This document shows, in pieces, positions 8,429 to 17,593 of a stretch of 57,111 nucleotides of DNA. The position numbers were made by a program, and so were the translations under genes. This stretch comes from an archaeon (lineage in GTDB: Archaea; Iainarchaeota; Iainarchaeia; Iainarchaeales; JAAZKV01). Numbering within the stretch: the stretch's first letter is position 1; each line of letters begins with the position of its first letter. The DNA lies in assembly GCA_036170245.1 (NCBI GenBank), contig JAVHOV010000007.1:1-57111 (forward strand), written 5' to 3'. Below the pieces are notes generated by a model, which saw only the letters and a program-made list of their open reading frames with translations, was not told the DNA's origin and did not search any database.

Positions 8429-8842
8429 ATGAAGATTAGTTTAATTGGATGCAAAGATAATTCAATAAATATTTTTCCTGCTTTGGTTAAATCCCTGTCA
8501 AAGAAAATTTCTGGTCTTGAAGTTTCAGTTAGGTTTGTTCCTTTTTTTGAAGATGTTCCTGCAGTATGTATGGAAGAATCTTCTTCTTCTGATTTTTTAG
8601 TAACTTTTGCATTGCTTGAGGATGAAGAAGAAGTAAAATTCTTAAAAAAGAAACTTGTTGATGTAGAACTTTTAACTAAAACCAGAATTCTTAAGTGGGT
8701 TACTGAGGATTCTTTTTCAGGAAATAAAACGGATAAATTAATTGATGAAAAAGAGGAATTGACTGAAGAAGTATCAAAGACTATTGTTAGTATTTTGTTT
8801 AAGGAATCTGATTTTGTTCCGCAAGAAGCCAAAGATTATTAG
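8429..8842 (+). CDS. Hypothetical acidic protein
   Basis: 137-aa ORF with ATG start and balanced composition. Preferred over the antisense Ser-rich ORF at 8368-8832. Confidence 0.45.
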   Translation: MKISLIGCKDNSINIFPALVKSLSKKISGLEVSVRFVPFFEDVPAVCMEESSSSDFLVTFALLEDEEEVKFLKKKLVDVELLTKTRILKWVTEDSFSGNKTDKLIDEKEELTEEVSKTIVSILFKESDFVPQEAKDY

Positions 8843-8863
8843 TTTGGTTATTTTATAAAATTT

Positions 8864-9904
8864 TTAATTAGTCTTTTTTGATTTTATTTCAGAGTCTAAT
8901 TGTTCTATTAATTTCTGGGCATTTTTTAGTGCAAGGTTTTTTTCTTCAAGTCCTTTTTTCATTGCATTTAATTCTTTTTCATACCTATTTTTTATTTTTT
9001 CTTCAATCTCTGTCTTCTTTTCTTCTAAACCTATTAATTCTTTTGTATATTCGCTTCTCTTGGTTATGGTTTCTTGTTCTATTTCAAGTGCAATAGTTCT
9101 TGCAAAGTCTCTTTCTTTTTTTAGTTCTTTGATTAAGTCAATTGCTTTATTTGCAAAAGTTGCGTGGCTGTCTTCAAGCTCTTCCACTTCTTTTTTTAAC
9201 TGGATAAAACTTCCTTCAACATAGGATATTTGTGCAAAGTGTGTTTTTAATGATTTTTTTGTTTCATTAATTGCTTCTGAAAGTTTTTTGTCAAGTTCCT
9301 GTAATTCCATTTCAGTTTCAGCAACGCTTTTTTCGCTTACATTTCCAAAATAAGTTTTTCTTTTAAGTTCGGTGTGCTGTTGTTTGATTTCATTTAATTC
9401 ATCTTCTTTTTTCTGTAGTGCTTCAAGCAGTCCTTTTGCAGTGGATCCTTTTTGAATAGATAAAGTTCTTCTTGCAATCAAGAATGTTCTGGCCTTGTCA
9501 ATATTGTATCTCATTTTCAAGCTCATTGTGAGTATTTTTTGTTGCAGTGATGAATAAAGATCAGGGACTTCAATACTTTCGGTTTCATTTACAAGTTCTT
9601 GCCTAATTTTTTTATTTTTTTCCATTGAAATATTTGCTTCAAGAACAGTCATTTCTCGTGTAAGTTCGGATAATAAAGAGCTGAATTCGGGCGAATTTTT
9701 TTCAAGCATCATTTTTATTTCGCGGTTGATTTCATCAAATTTTAAGTAAATGCTTCTCATTCTTGATGTGTTTTGCTCAAGTTCAAAAACAAATCCTTGC
9801 CGGTTTATTTCTGCCCAATTTGTTCTTGCAACAGAGGTGTGAAGGGTATTAATCTCAAGTATGCACTCTTCAACTTTTTCTTCTAATGTTGGTAAATTAG
9901 GCAT
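8864..9904 (-). CDS. Coiled-coil protein, function unknown
   Basis: 346-aa ORF dominated by heptad-like E/K/L-rich helices. No catalytic motif recognised. Confidence 0.55.
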   Translation of the reverse strand: MPNLPTLEEKVEECILEINTLHTSVARTNWAEINRQGFVFELEQNTSRMRSIYLKFDEINREIKMMLEKNSPEFSSLLSELTREMTVLEANISMEKNKKIRQELVNETESIEVPDLYSSLQQKILTMSLKMRYNIDKARTFLIARRTLSIQKGSTAKGLLEALQKKEDELNEIKQQHTELKRKTYFGNVSEKSVAETEMELQELDKKLSEAINETKKSLKTHFAQISYVEGSFIQLKKEVEELEDSHATFANKAIDLIKELKKERDFARTIALEIEQETITKRSEYTKELIGLEEKKTEIEEKIKNRYEKELNAMKKGLEEKNLALKNAQKLIEQLDSEIKSKKTN

Positions 9905-10008
9905 GTTGAATTAATGGTTTTTTAGGTATAAAAGATTTGCTTATGAGGGGAGTTATTTTTATTTTTGCTCTTAAAAGGTTTTTTATGTTCTTTAGTTGTT
10001 AAGTACTT

Positions 10009-10980
10009 ATGTTTACTCAGGGTAAGGAAGGCTTATTTTTCAGGGATCTTTGTATTGATCCTCATAGGACTCCTAAATCAAAGCTTGCTTTTTTGTCTCA
10101 TGCTCATTCAGATCATGTTAAACTTTCAAAGAAAACTGAATTTTTAGCAACTCCCCAAACAATTGATTTGGTTAAGAATAGATTCGGGGAAGCAAATTTT
10201 CAACCTGTTGAAATGAATAAGAAAACGAAAGTTAGTGATTTTGAATTGGAGTTAAAACCAAATGGGCACATTTTGGGGTCTTCTCAGGCTCTGCTTAGTA
10301 CTGATGGAAAAGATTTTGCTTTTTCAAGTGACTTTAGATTACAAAATTCTCTTCTCTTTAAGGGTGCAGAAATTCTCAAAGGGGATACTTTGGTTCTTGA
10401 AACTACTTTTGGTGCTCCTCAGTATGTTTTTCCTAAACAGGAAGAAGTTGTTTCGGACATGGTTTCGTGGATTAGTAAAAATGCAAAAAGCGGATTGGTT
10501 TTATTAGCAGGGTATTCTTTAGGAAAAGCTCAGGAGTTGACAAAGATTTCAAATGAAGCCGGATTTACTCCTGTGGTTCATGATTCTATTTTTGAATTAA
10601 ATGAAATTTATCAAAATCATGGTGTGAAATTGGGCACTTATGAAAAGCTTGATCACAATCTGAAAGATTTTAGTGTATTGATAATGCCTCCTCAATTGGT
10701 TGACAGGCATTTGTTTCCAACTCTGGAGCATTTTGATAAAAGAAAAATATTTTCGGCTCTTGCGACAGGTTGGGAACATAGAGGGGCATTTGACAGAACT
10801 TTCAAATTAAGCAATCACTCTGATTTCAACGATTTGATTGAATATGTAACATTGTCAAATCCAAAACTAGTTTTGACTGATCATGGATTTTGCGAGGAAT
10901 TTGCAAGAAAATTAAATAAACTTGGGTTTAATGCAAAACCATTGACTCAACATAAGCAGCAACTAATTAGTGAGTTTTAA
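10009..10980 (+). CDS. Metallo-beta-lactamase-fold exonuclease (short COG1236 / ligase-associated exonuclease-like form)
   Basis: HAHSDH metal motif, PNGHILGS, ETTFGAPQYVFP and GYSLGKAQE motifs. Confidence 0.65.
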   Translation: MFTQGKEGLFFRDLCIDPHRTPKSKLAFLSHAHSDHVKLSKKTEFLATPQTIDLVKNRFGEANFQPVEMNKKTKVSDFELELKPNGHILGSSQALLSTDGKDFAFSSDFRLQNSLLFKGAEILKGDTLVLETTFGAPQYVFPKQEEVVSDMVSWISKNAKSGLVLLAGYSLGKAQELTKISNEAGFTPVVHDSIFELNEIYQNHGVKLGTYEKLDHNLKDFSVLIMPPQLVDRHLFPTLEHFDKRKIFSALATGWEHRGAFDRTFKLSNHSDFNDLIEYVTLSNPKLVLTDHGFCEEFARKLNKLGFNAKPLTQHKQQLISEF

Positions 10981-11039
10981 GATTAAGGGTTTTTTGTGCT
11001 TGAACTGATTTTAAAAAACCTTATGAGAATAGTTTCTTT

Positions 11040-11342
11040 ATGGTTCATGTAAAAGTTACTAAAGAATTAATAAAAAAAGTTGCTCAAAATGCAAGATTAA
11101 ATTTGACTGATGCTGAGCTTGAGAAATTTGTTCCTCAAATAAAAGAAATTATCCTGTCTTCTTTTAACAAACTTGATGAATTTGATGCTAGTGACACAAA
11201 ACCTTCTTTTCAGCCAATTGAAATGAGTAATAAATTTAGAAAAGATGAGGTTAGAAAAGGAATTACTCAAGAAGAAGCTTTGAGTAACGTTATTTTGAAA
11301 TTAAAGGAAGAGGGTTATTTTAAGGGTCCAAAAGCGATGTGA
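11040..11342 (+). CDS. gatC: Asp/Glu-tRNA amidotransferase subunit C
   Basis: 100-aa ORF directly upstream of gatA/gatB, with VAQNARLNLTDAELEKF...L and DTKPSFQP motifs. Confidence 0.85.
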   Translation: MVHVKVTKELIKKVAQNARLNLTDAELEKFVPQIKEIILSSFNKLDEFDASDTKPSFQPIEMSNKFRKDEVRKGITQEEALSNVILKLKEEGYFKGPKAM

Positions 11343-11375
11343 TTTTTTAGTAATTTGTGTTTGAGTTGAATTTTT

Positions 11376-12791
11376 ATGAAAAGAGAAGAAACAATAGAAT
11401 TTTTTGTTGAGAATGCAAAAAAGGATTTTTCAGTTGTTGAAAAAAACCTTGCTCAAATTATCGGCGAAATAAAAGACAGTGAAAGAAAGGGGTTAAATTA
11501 TATTGAAGAATTTGATGCTAAAGATGTTTTAAATCAGTTGGCTGAATTAAAGAAGAGTTTTGAAAAAAAAGATTCAAAATATTATGGGCGATTGTTTGGG
11601 GTTCCTGTTACTGTTAAGGATGCAATTTGCGTTAAGGGAATTGAATCAAAAGCCGGTTCAAAGATTCTTAAAGGCTATAAGCCTCTTTTTGATGCAACTG
11701 TAATAGAAAGAGCAAGAAGAGAAGGGGCAATAATTTTAGCAAAAACCACTCAGGATGAATTTGGTTTTGGAACATTTTCAACTCACACAATTAAAGTTCC
11801 AAAGAATCCTTTTGATTCAGAACGTTCTTGCGGTGGTTCAAGTGGTGGGGCGGCTGGATTCACTTCTTTTACAAAGTCATATCACGTTGCAATTGGGGAA
11901 AGTACTGGCGGATCAATTGCGTGTCCTGCATGCTTTTGCGGTGCGGTTGGTTTCACTCCGACTTACGGGTTAGTTTCCAGATTTGGTTTGATTGATTATG
12001 CAAATTCTCTTGACAAGATTGGAGCTATTGGAAGAAATGTTAGTGATGCTTCACTGTTACTTGAAGTAATTAGTGGTCTTGATGAGAAAGATTCAACTTC
12101 ACTAGGTAATGGGTTTGAAAGAGCTGAAGTTTTGCTCAAAAGAATTGCAGTTGTAAAAGATTTTTTCCAAAACTGTGATGCTGATGTAAAAAAAGTAATT
12201 CAAAATAAAATTAATGAATTGAAAAAATTTTATATTGTTGAGGAAGTTTCTCTGCCTCTTAATATTGAGTATGCTTTAAGTGCATATTATGTTATTGCAA
12301 CTAGCGAAGCTTCAACTAACCTTGCAAAACTTTCTGGATTAAGATATGGTGTTCAGGATGATGTTGAAGGAAAGCACTTTGATGAATATTTTTCAGAAAT
12401 TAGAAGCAAAGAATTTAGTGAAGAAGCGAAGAGAAGAATAATTTTAGGGACATTTGCAAGAATGAGTGGATTTAGAGATGCTTATTATTTGAAGGCAATG
12501 AAAGTTAGAACTAAATTAATTGAAGAATTTAATACAGCATTTGAAAAATATGATTTGTTAATTTATCCGACAATGCCTACAATTGCTCCAAAATTTATTG
12601 ATATTGAAAAATTGACTCCTATGCAGAATTTTGCGATGGATCTTTGCACAGTTCCTTCAAACTTAGCTGGTCTTCCTCATATTAGTGTTAATGCTGGAAG
12701 AGTAGGGAATATTCCTGTTGGTTTGATGATAGTTGCACCTCATTTGGAAGAAAAACGATTATACTCTCTTGCAAAGGTGATTGAAGAATGA
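11376..12791 (+). CDS. gatA: Asp/Glu-tRNA amidotransferase subunit A (amidase family)
   Basis: Amidase signature GGSSGGAAGF...GESTGGSIACPA. Its stop overlaps the gatB start (ATGA). Confidence 0.9.
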   Translation: MKREETIEFFVENAKKDFSVVEKNLAQIIGEIKDSERKGLNYIEEFDAKDVLNQLAELKKSFEKKDSKYYGRLFGVPVTVKDAICVKGIESKAGSKILKGYKPLFDATVIERARREGAIILAKTTQDEFGFGTFSTHTIKVPKNPFDSERSCGGSSGGAAGFTSFTKSYHVAIGESTGGSIACPACFCGAVGFTPTYGLVSRFGLIDYANSLDKIGAIGRNVSDASLLLEVISGLDEKDSTSLGNGFERAEVLLKRIAVVKDFFQNCDADVKKVIQNKINELKKFYIVEEVSLPLNIEYALSAYYVIATSEASTNLAKLSGLRYGVQDDVEGKHFDEYFSEIRSKEFSEEAKRRIILGTFARMSGFRDAYYLKAMKVRTKLIEEFNTAFEKYDLLIYPTMPTIAPKFIDIEKLTPMQNFAMDLCTVPSNLAGLPHISVNAGRVGNIPVGLMIVAPHLEEKRLYSLAKVIEE

Positions 12792-14197
12792 CTGATAATA
12801 CAAGCATAATGATTGGTCTTGAAGTTCATGCATACCTTGGAACTAAATCAAAATTATTTTGTTCCTGTTCGTCCTCTGCAACAAATATTCCAAATTCTCA
12901 AGTTTGCCCGATTTGCCTGGGGCACCCTGGAAGTAAGCCAGTGCTAAACGAAGCAGTAGTGGGACTTGCAACAAAGGTCGGTCTTGCATTAAAATGTAAA
13001 ATCAATGAAGATTTTTTCTTTTCAAGAAAAACTTATTTTTATCCTGATATGTGCATGAATTACCAAATTACTCAGTATGAGGTTCCTATTTGCGGGCCGG
13101 GAGAATTAGTTCTTCCAAGCGGGAAAAAAATTAGGATCCGAAGAGCTCACATTGAATGGGATCCCGCAGCTTTAATTCATCCAAATGGAATGGGAAAAAG
13201 TAATTACGTTTTGATTGATTACAATAGATCGGGCTTGCCATTAATTGAAATTGTAACAGAACCGGATATTTCTTCTCCTGCTGAAGCAAGAGAATTTATG
13301 AATACTTTAGAAAATATTTTAAATTACTTGAGGGTATTAAGGCCTGATACTACTCTGAAAGCTGATTGTAACATTTCAATTAACGGTGGGAACAGAGTTG
13401 AAATAAAGAATGTTTCGGGGTTTGCTGCTGCAGAGAAAGCTCTTACTTACGAATTTTCAAGACAGAAGAATGAAGTAAAAATGGGCAGAGTAATTGAGCA
13501 GCATACTCGTGCATATAATGCGGAGAGCGGAGTAACTAACGAATTAAGAAAAAAAGAGACTGAAGATGATTATGGTTATATTTTTGATCCTGATTTGGTA
13601 AAAGTTTCGTTGAGCAAAACTTTCATTGATGCAGTGAAAAATGAAATGCCTGAACTTCCTGAAGAGAAAGTGGCAAGATTGAAGAAAGAATTTAATTTTT
13701 CAGATTATGATGCTAGTGTTTTGTGCGGGGATTATTATTTAGGAAAACTTTTTGATGAAATGATAAAGTTAAAATCAGATTCAGTGGTTTCTGCAAGATT
13801 GCTTACTCGAGAATTGCTTTCAGTATTAAACCATGATTCGATTTCTTTAAGTGAAATAAAAATTAATCCTCTTGATTTAGTCGAACTTGTGAATTTAATT
13901 AAGGAAGGAAAAGTTTCTGACAAGAATGTAAAACAGTCAGTGATTAATTATATTTCAGGGGATAAATCTTCTCCTAAACATTTTTTGGAAAAGAATAACT
14001 TGCTTATTTCAACAACTATTGATTTGGATGCTATTATAGAGAAAGTTATTGTTTCAAATGAGAAAGCAGTAACTGATTATAAGTCAGGAAATGAAAAGAG
14101 TTTCAACTTTTTAGCAGGTTTAATCATGCGTGAAACTAAGGGGACGGTCTCTCCTCAAAAAGTTCAGGAAGTTCTAAAACAAAAACTTTCCAATTAA
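12788..14197 (+). CDS. gatB: Asp/Glu-tRNA amidotransferase subunit B
   Basis: IGLEVHAYL, CPICLGHPGSKPVLN, RAHIEWDPA and a C-terminal YqeY-like tail. Confidence 0.9.
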   Translation: MTDNTSIMIGLEVHAYLGTKSKLFCSCSSSATNIPNSQVCPICLGHPGSKPVLNEAVVGLATKVGLALKCKINEDFFFSRKTYFYPDMCMNYQITQYEVPICGPGELVLPSGKKIRIRRAHIEWDPAALIHPNGMGKSNYVLIDYNRSGLPLIEIVTEPDISSPAEAREFMNTLENILNYLRVLRPDTTLKADCNISINGGNRVEIKNVSGFAAAEKALTYEFSRQKNEVKMGRVIEQHTRAYNAESGVTNELRKKETEDDYGYIFDPDLVKVSLSKTFIDAVKNEMPELPEEKVARLKKEFNFSDYDASVLCGDYYLGKLFDEMIKLKSDSVVSARLLTRELLSVLNHDSISLSEIKINPLDLVELVNLIKEGKVSDKNVKQSVINYISGDKSSPKHFLEKNNLLISTTIDLDAIIEKVIVSNEKAVTDYKSGNEKSFNFLAGLIMRETKGTVSPQKVQEVLKQKLSN

Positions 14198-14284
14198 CAT
14201 CTTTTTGCTAAAGAATTAAGCTTTTTAACAACTTTGACTCTGTTTAGTCTAGCTGTTGTTAATTAACAAGAGGGTGTTTTTTAT

Positions 14285-14647
14285 ATGCATAGAAAAAGTT
14301 TAGCTGTATTGTCAGGATTGACTTTTATTGGAAGTGTGTTTGCTTCACCTTGGGATGTATTAAGAGAGCCAATTAATTTAATCGGAAGTTTTTCTCCAGT
14401 TTTAAGCTGGCTTTTGTTAATTGTTGCAGGAGTGTTAATGATTATTTCAATTCTTGCTCATAATAAAAGAAAATCTCATACTACTCTTTGGGTTGGAATT
14501 GCATTCAACTTGTTTTTTGTGAAATCTCTTTTAGTTGTTTTGGATTTGTATGTTTCAAGCGGGAACTTTTTCAATTACGCTGTTCAAAGTCTTTTTGATT
14601 TAGGAATACTTGCTTCCTTATTTGTTGCAATATTCAAAAAAGAATAA
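14285..14647 (+). CDS. Small membrane protein, function unknown
   Basis: 120-aa ORF with signal-like N-terminus and 3 hydrophobic helices. GAGGGTG precedes the ATG. Confidence 0.5.
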   Translation: MHRKSLAVLSGLTFIGSVFASPWDVLREPINLIGSFSPVLSWLLLIVAGVLMIISILAHNKRKSHTTLWVGIAFNLFFVKSLLVVLDLYVSSGNFFNYAVQSLFDLGILASLFVAIFKKE

Positions 14648-14670
14648 AAAATTAGAAATAAAATTGGCGC

Positions 14671-15213
14671 ATGTTTATGATGAAAGGAATTGAAGAAGCA
14701 GTTGTTCTTACTCCAAGGGACAAAATTTATTCAAACATCGTTCAAAGTCCTGGGCTTCATTTTAGAGAAATTCAAAGAAGAACTGGTATTGCAACAGGTG
14801 CTCTTCAGTACCACCTAGATTATTTAAAGAAAAAATCTTTTATCAGGGAAGAAAAAGAAGGAAAGTTTTCTAGGTTTTATGCATCAAATTCAGGGGTAAA
14901 GGATTCAAAATTAATGAATTTATTGAGGCAGGATTCTGTACGAAAAATAGTTTTGTTTTTGATGAATAAGAGAAGAGCAAGTCTTCATTCTATTTCTGAC
15001 GGTGTTTCGCTTGGATTATCCACTACAAGTTTTCATCTGCAAAAATTAGTAACAAGCTCAGTTGTTCTTGAAAAGCAACAAAAGGGAAAAGTTTTCTTTT
15101 CAATAAAAGACAAAGAAAGTATTTTATTGATGCTTCTTGATTATAGAGAAAGTTTTCTTGATTCGTTAGTTGATAATTTTATTGATACTTGGGAAAAAGA
15201 ACTCGAGCCTTAA
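14671..15213 (+). CDS. ArsR-like transcriptional regulator with two winged-helix domains
   Basis: HFREIQRRTGIATGALQYHLDYLKKKSFI, and a second wHTH at LHSISDGVSLGLSTTSFHLQKLV. Confidence 0.65.
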   Translation: MFMMKGIEEAVVLTPRDKIYSNIVQSPGLHFREIQRRTGIATGALQYHLDYLKKKSFIREEKEGKFSRFYASNSGVKDSKLMNLLRQDSVRKIVLFLMNKRRASLHSISDGVSLGLSTTSFHLQKLVTSSVVLEKQQKGKVFFSIKDKESILLMLLDYRESFLDSLVDNFIDTWEKELEP

Positions 15214-15611
15214 TTTGATGGTTTTTTTGGAGTTTGTTTTTGCTCCTCTATTGCACCTAATTTGATTAATTTTTTATAAAAAGTTTCTACTGAATTATTG
15301 TTTATTGGCTGTTTTCCAAGTCTGATTCCTTTTTTTGTAAAAAAAGAAGATACTCTTGAGTACAGTTCATTATAGCTTGTTTTATTATTTGATTTTAAAA
15401 GTTCAGAAATTTTTGCTGCAACAAGTTTTTCTTCAACAGTTAAGTTTTGTTCAACCACTGCAGTGAATTTACTTGTCATTCCTTTTACTGTGACTAGTTT
15501 TAGAAATCCTTTTCGAACTAAAGGAATTGATTTTCTTTTAGTTGTAAAAGAAGCAATCATCCCTTTTTTTGTTTGTCTTAAAAAATAGTTTTTTGATACG
15601 GGCCTAGTCAT
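15210..15611 (-). CDS. Hypothetical basic protein
   Basis: 133-aa K/R-rich ORF with ATG start. It converges on and overlaps the previous gene by 4 nt. Confidence 0.4.
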   Translation of the reverse strand: MTRPVSKNYFLRQTKKGMIASFTTKRKSIPLVRKGFLKLVTVKGMTSKFTAVVEQNLTVEEKLVAAKISELLKSNNKTSYNELYSRVSSFFTKKGIRLGKQPINNNSVETFYKKLIKLGAIEEQKQTPKKPSN

Positions 15612-15663
15612 ATTCTAAGTGCAATACTCAAGAATAAATACTTTATTACCCCTTATTTAAAAT

Positions 15664-16227
15664 ATGAAATTGAGCATTTATTTATTTAGGCACGGTGCGC
15701 ATCATGCAAGGAAAAATATTTTGTGCGGTTGGTTAAATTTACCTTTAAATAAGAAAGGAATTAATGATGCAAAAATTCTTTCAAGTAAATTAAGAAGTGA
15801 AAAAATTGATGTGGCTTTTTGTTCTGACTTATTAAGGAGTGAACAGAGTTTAGTTGAAGTGTTAAATTATCATCCTGATGCTCTAGTAGTAATTGATCCT
15901 CGTTTAAGAGAGAGGCACTTTGGGGTACTTTCGGGAGAACTAGCTAGTATTTTTGCTGATACTTCTGCTTTACAGACAATTGACGGGGGAATAGTTGAAG
16001 GAGTTCCTGGTCTTGAAAGCATGGATCACATTAGAAAAAGGGTTTTCCCGTTCATGAGTGATGTGTTGCGCATGATGCAGGAAGAAAAAGTTAATGTTGC
16101 AATAAGTGCGCACAGGGATTCATTAAATTTTATTCAGGAATATTTGGAAGGATTAACTCCTGATCAGGCTGAGAAACTTGAGCATAATCCAACAGAGTAC
16201 AAGAAATATATTATTAATTTTGAATGA
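15664..16227 (+). CDS. Histidine phosphatase (phosphoglycerate mutase-like) family protein
   Basis: N-terminal LFRHG (RHG catalytic motif) and downstream SDLLRSEQS and ISAHRD motifs. Confidence 0.7.
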   Translation: MKLSIYLFRHGAHHARKNILCGWLNLPLNKKGINDAKILSSKLRSEKIDVAFCSDLLRSEQSLVEVLNYHPDALVVIDPRLRERHFGVLSGELASIFADTSALQTIDGGIVEGVPGLESMDHIRKRVFPFMSDVLRMMQEEKVNVAISAHRDSLNFIQEYLEGLTPDQAEKLEHNPTEYKKYIINFE

Positions 16228-16256
16228 GTTTCTTTTTGAAAAAAAGTTTAAATTTT

Positions 16257-17249
16257 TTATTTTAATTTGAATCCTGCGGCAACTAAAATTTGGAATAGTA
16301 TGCTCGCTTCTCCCCATACTTTTACATTGTTATCATCATGTGCTGCTTTTCCCCAGCTCTTTGCTTCCTCAGGATTTGCTCCTGCGTTACTTCCTTCAGC
16401 TTCGTAACCTGTGTTAATGTAAACGGTGTAATCTGCTCCTTCTCTGACCATGCAGCTGTTCATAATAAAATGTTTTGGCACACTTCCACCTATTATTATT
16501 GCTCCTACTTTTTCTTCAACTAGCAATCTATCATACATTTTTTCAACATCATGAACCATGTCAACTTCTAAATCAGGGTGATCTTTTTTGTAAAAATATA
16601 AATGGTCTCCTGTAGCTCCGTCATGAAGAGGAACACAGTACAAATCAATATTGTTTTTGTAAGCCCAGTAAACAAAACTTTCTTCCTTGTTTTTTTCTCC
16701 TTCAAGATTTTTTCCTATTGCTTTGATTATTTGTTCGCTTGTAATAACTTTTCCGGTTTTTTTGTGTTCAGCATAAACCAAGTCCATTACTTTGTGCATG
16801 TACTCTTCATACCAGCAGTATCTTTCTGAAGGGATAAAAATATTTCCTGTTCTATTCACTCCTTGTTCTCTTAATTTTGCTCCGTTGGCTTCATAATCTC
16901 CATGCAAAAAATTATTATGGACTTTAATTACATCTTCTTCAAGTCCGCCAGTAGTGGTAACTATAACATCAACTAATTTATTTTTTGTTAAATATGTGAT
17001 TGATTCTCTTACTCCGCATGTGCTCATGTTTGAAGTAAAACCTAGGTAAATAGTTGCTTTGTCCTTTTGCATTTGTTTTACCAAATCAATTGCTTTTCCT
17101 AAGTTAGTTGCCTGAAAACCAGTGTCTTTGAATGAGTTAAAGAATTCTTTTGCATCAAAGGGCTTGTCGAAGTTGTATCCCTTAATTTTGCCTTCTCCGA
17201 TTTCTTTTGATTCCCTGAAAAAGTACTTTTTTGGATCAGTTTCTTTCAT
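16257..17249 (-). CDS. dys: Deoxyhypusine synthase
   Basis: TSNMSTCGVRE, VTTTGGLEED and IIIGGSVPKH motifs. ATG at 17249 is preferred over the GTG at 17258. Confidence 0.9.
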   Translation of the reverse strand: MKETDPKKYFFRESKEIGEGKIKGYNFDKPFDAKEFFNSFKDTGFQATNLGKAIDLVKQMQKDKATIYLGFTSNMSTCGVRESITYLTKNKLVDVIVTTTGGLEEDVIKVHNNFLHGDYEANGAKLREQGVNRTGNIFIPSERYCWYEEYMHKVMDLVYAEHKKTGKVITSEQIIKAIGKNLEGEKNKEESFVYWAYKNNIDLYCVPLHDGATGDHLYFYKKDHPDLEVDMVHDVEKMYDRLLVEEKVGAIIIGGSVPKHFIMNSCMVREGADYTVYINTGYEAEGSNAGANPEEAKSWGKAAHDDNNVKVWGEASILFQILVAAGFKLK

Positions 17250-17313
17250 ATACAACACTGTTTCTTAAAGAATTAAATAAAATCTGCCAAAACTATTTTG
17301 GCAAATACTTTAG

Positions 17314-17402
17314 TGGGCAGGAGGAGATTTGAACTCCTGACCGCACGATTACTGATATTTTAATTATCAGTCGTGTGCTCCAACCAGCTGAGCTACCCGC
17401 CC
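17314..17402 (-). tRNA. tRNA-Ile (anticodon GAU) with about 15-nt intron at the canonical 37/38 position
   Basis: Minus-strand cloverleaf. Acceptor GGGCGGG/CCUGCCC, D-arm GCUC-AGCUGGUUG-GAGC, anticodon stem CACGA/UCGUG, loop CUGAUAA interrupted by AUUAAAAUAUCAGUA (17350-17364), T-arm AGGAG-UUCAAAU-CUCCU. The intron UAUCAG pairs with CUGAUA. Confidence 0.85.
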
Positions 17403-17593
17403 ATTATTTGAGTGCTCTCTACAAAAACTAGTTTTGGGAAAGCTTTAAATTGCTACTTATAGTGCTTCATTTTGACTAATTATTCATTTATTTACATAAG
17501 AGCCTTATTAATTGAAAAAACACTTTTTATTAGATGTTACGCCGGCAATTTAGTCTCAAAATGAATTTAAATAGTTAAATAATTCATTTTAAA

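Noticed and set aside
8368-8832. 154-aa Ser-rich minus-strand ORF
   Set aside because: It is antisense to the 137-aa + strand ORF, which has a more protein-like composition and an ATG start. This choice is only moderately confident.
14256-14269. Perfect 14-nt palindrome TTGTTAATTAACAA next to the ribosome-binding site of the 14285 membrane-protein gene, as an operator for the downstream ArsR-like regulator
   Set aside because: It is almost pure A/T in an AT-rich genome, so it could be a chance palindrome. There is no second copy or other supporting context.
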